DNA of 64,000 nucleotides from Epiperipatus broadwayi (lineage: Eukaryota; Animalia; Onychophora): the NCBI GenBank assembly GCA_028023455.1, contig JAQFVV010000004.1, forward strand, positions 17,360,001-17,424,000, read 5' to 3'. Below the pieces are notes generated by a model. That model did no database searches. It had not been told where the DNA came from and worked only from the letters and a program-made list of their open reading frames with translations. Below, one piece after another: positions 62,696-64,000 of this stretch (positions are counted from its first letter, which is position 1; each line of letters opens with the position of its first letter). A program made the position numbers and the translations under genes.

Positions 62696-63199
62696 ACCAT
62701 TAGAAAGCAATCAACACTAGACAATCCCAATGTAGATAACAATCAATAATTTCAAACTGTTGTCAAGGCAACCTCTTTTTAAGTAATAGATGTGGAATCC
62801 CATCTCCATTAATGGTCTCATATATTTATAAAGACACTAAAGATTGCAACTTGACCACAGAGATTGAAAATATAACCTGTTCTGAATGTAGACTAATAAA
62901 TAGTCAATTATAACATTTCAAATTGCAATTATAATTTTCAAATTGCACCCAAAATATTAATTAAATAATAAGTGTAATAATGTTCAAGGCTAAATGGGTT
63001 TATAAGTAACCATTAGAAAGCAGTCAACATTTAGACAATCCCAATATAGATAACAATCAGGAATTTCAAACTGTTGCTTAAAAGGAGACTGCCTTGACAA
63101 CAGTTTGAAATTCTTGATTGTTATCTATATTGGGATTGTCTAAGTGTTGACTGTTTTCTGATAGCTACTTATAAACTCATTTAGCCTTGAGCATTATTA
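62696..63199. mobile_element. 313-bp-period tandem monomer plus inverted terminal segment, 14-bp TSD (family C)
   Basis: TSD CAAATATACTAGTA at 62682-62695 and 63200-63213. AGTAACCATTAGAAAGC at 62692 and 63005. 62976-63076 is the reverse complement of 63098-63198. Confidence 0.85.
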
Positions 63200-64000
63200 C
63201 AAATATACTAGTATATACAATCATGCCAAATTTCATGAAAATAATATAATTATTTATTAGCAGTCTTTTCTTATCCAATTAAATACATTGATAATATGAT
63301 AAATTAGTTCTATGATTAATATGCTTATATATATGTAGGTTATGGAACAAATTTTTCTGAAAGTTGTATATAAAAAATAAAGAATGAGATTATCTGATCA
63401 AGCTATAAAGCCAATTTCTGATTTCAAAAAGGGGTATCAGGGAATAAGCCTGTCTTCTGCTGGGGCTAGATCTCCCCCATTTTTTATTTATCTCCATTTT
63501 TTATTTGTCTTGTTGATCTTCCTCCAATGGATTCTCTGTTCATTTCTAATGAAACAATTTTATTTATGAATTTTTTCCTGATTATTTTTCTGAAATAATT
63601 AAAAATTGTTTTTATATATCACAATCGGATAATCCTTTGATTTAGCTATACTACTTATCTTTTTTTAATTTACATTTCCTTTGTACCGGAAAACAATTTA
63701 ATCTTTTAGTTTATGTTATATTAAATTTAATTAACCTAATTAACTCATTAAAAGTATACTATATAAATGATTATCTACATATGCAACTATAACTTAACTG
63801 AATACTATGATATAAATAATTATATATATATATCATGAGAACTTATTATTAAGAATACCAAATCTTCCTATATTTGTACACATATATGCATCAGTCTCAA
63901 ATATCACTTAATCTCTCATATAAGTAAGATAACCATGAAGGCATATTGAGGTGAATTTTAAAGAAAGCATATTATAATTTACTATATGAAGGAAATAAAT

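Noticed and set aside
46066-64000. Rab22 exon 2 (expected D/E-x-G-V-G-K-S-S)
   Set aside because: I scanned AG-flanked candidates by eye and found none. It probably lies beyond the window, or I missed it.

Overview
Very AT-rich, CpG-depleted eukaryotic DNA, most likely from an invertebrate animal (species not determinable). It is dominated by decayed retroelements: RTEX-like LINEs, RTE LINEs, a Tx1/L1-like LINE nested inside an RTE, two internally deleted LTR (Gypsy-like) elements with intact LTR/PBS/PPT/TSD signatures, and a ~110-nt tRNA-derived SINE. Microsatellites are also present. The only host gene I can support is the first coding exon of a Rab22/Rab31-type GTPase (46030-46065, +); I could not find its later exons in the window. 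The most striking content is a set of non-coding elements carrying minimal type I hammerhead ribozyme (HHR) motifs: at least 10 motifs in 3-4 unrelated sequence families. Alongside these are several insertions flanked by 13-15 bp target-site duplications (TSDs), built from tandem or circularly permuted monomers (~430-445, 348 and 313 bp) plus an inverted terminal segment. This looks like a community of non-autonomous Penelope-like/retrozyme-like elements. No autonomous Penelope RT or GIY-YIG ORF is visible in the window. All alignments were done by eye, and boundaries of old elements are approximate.
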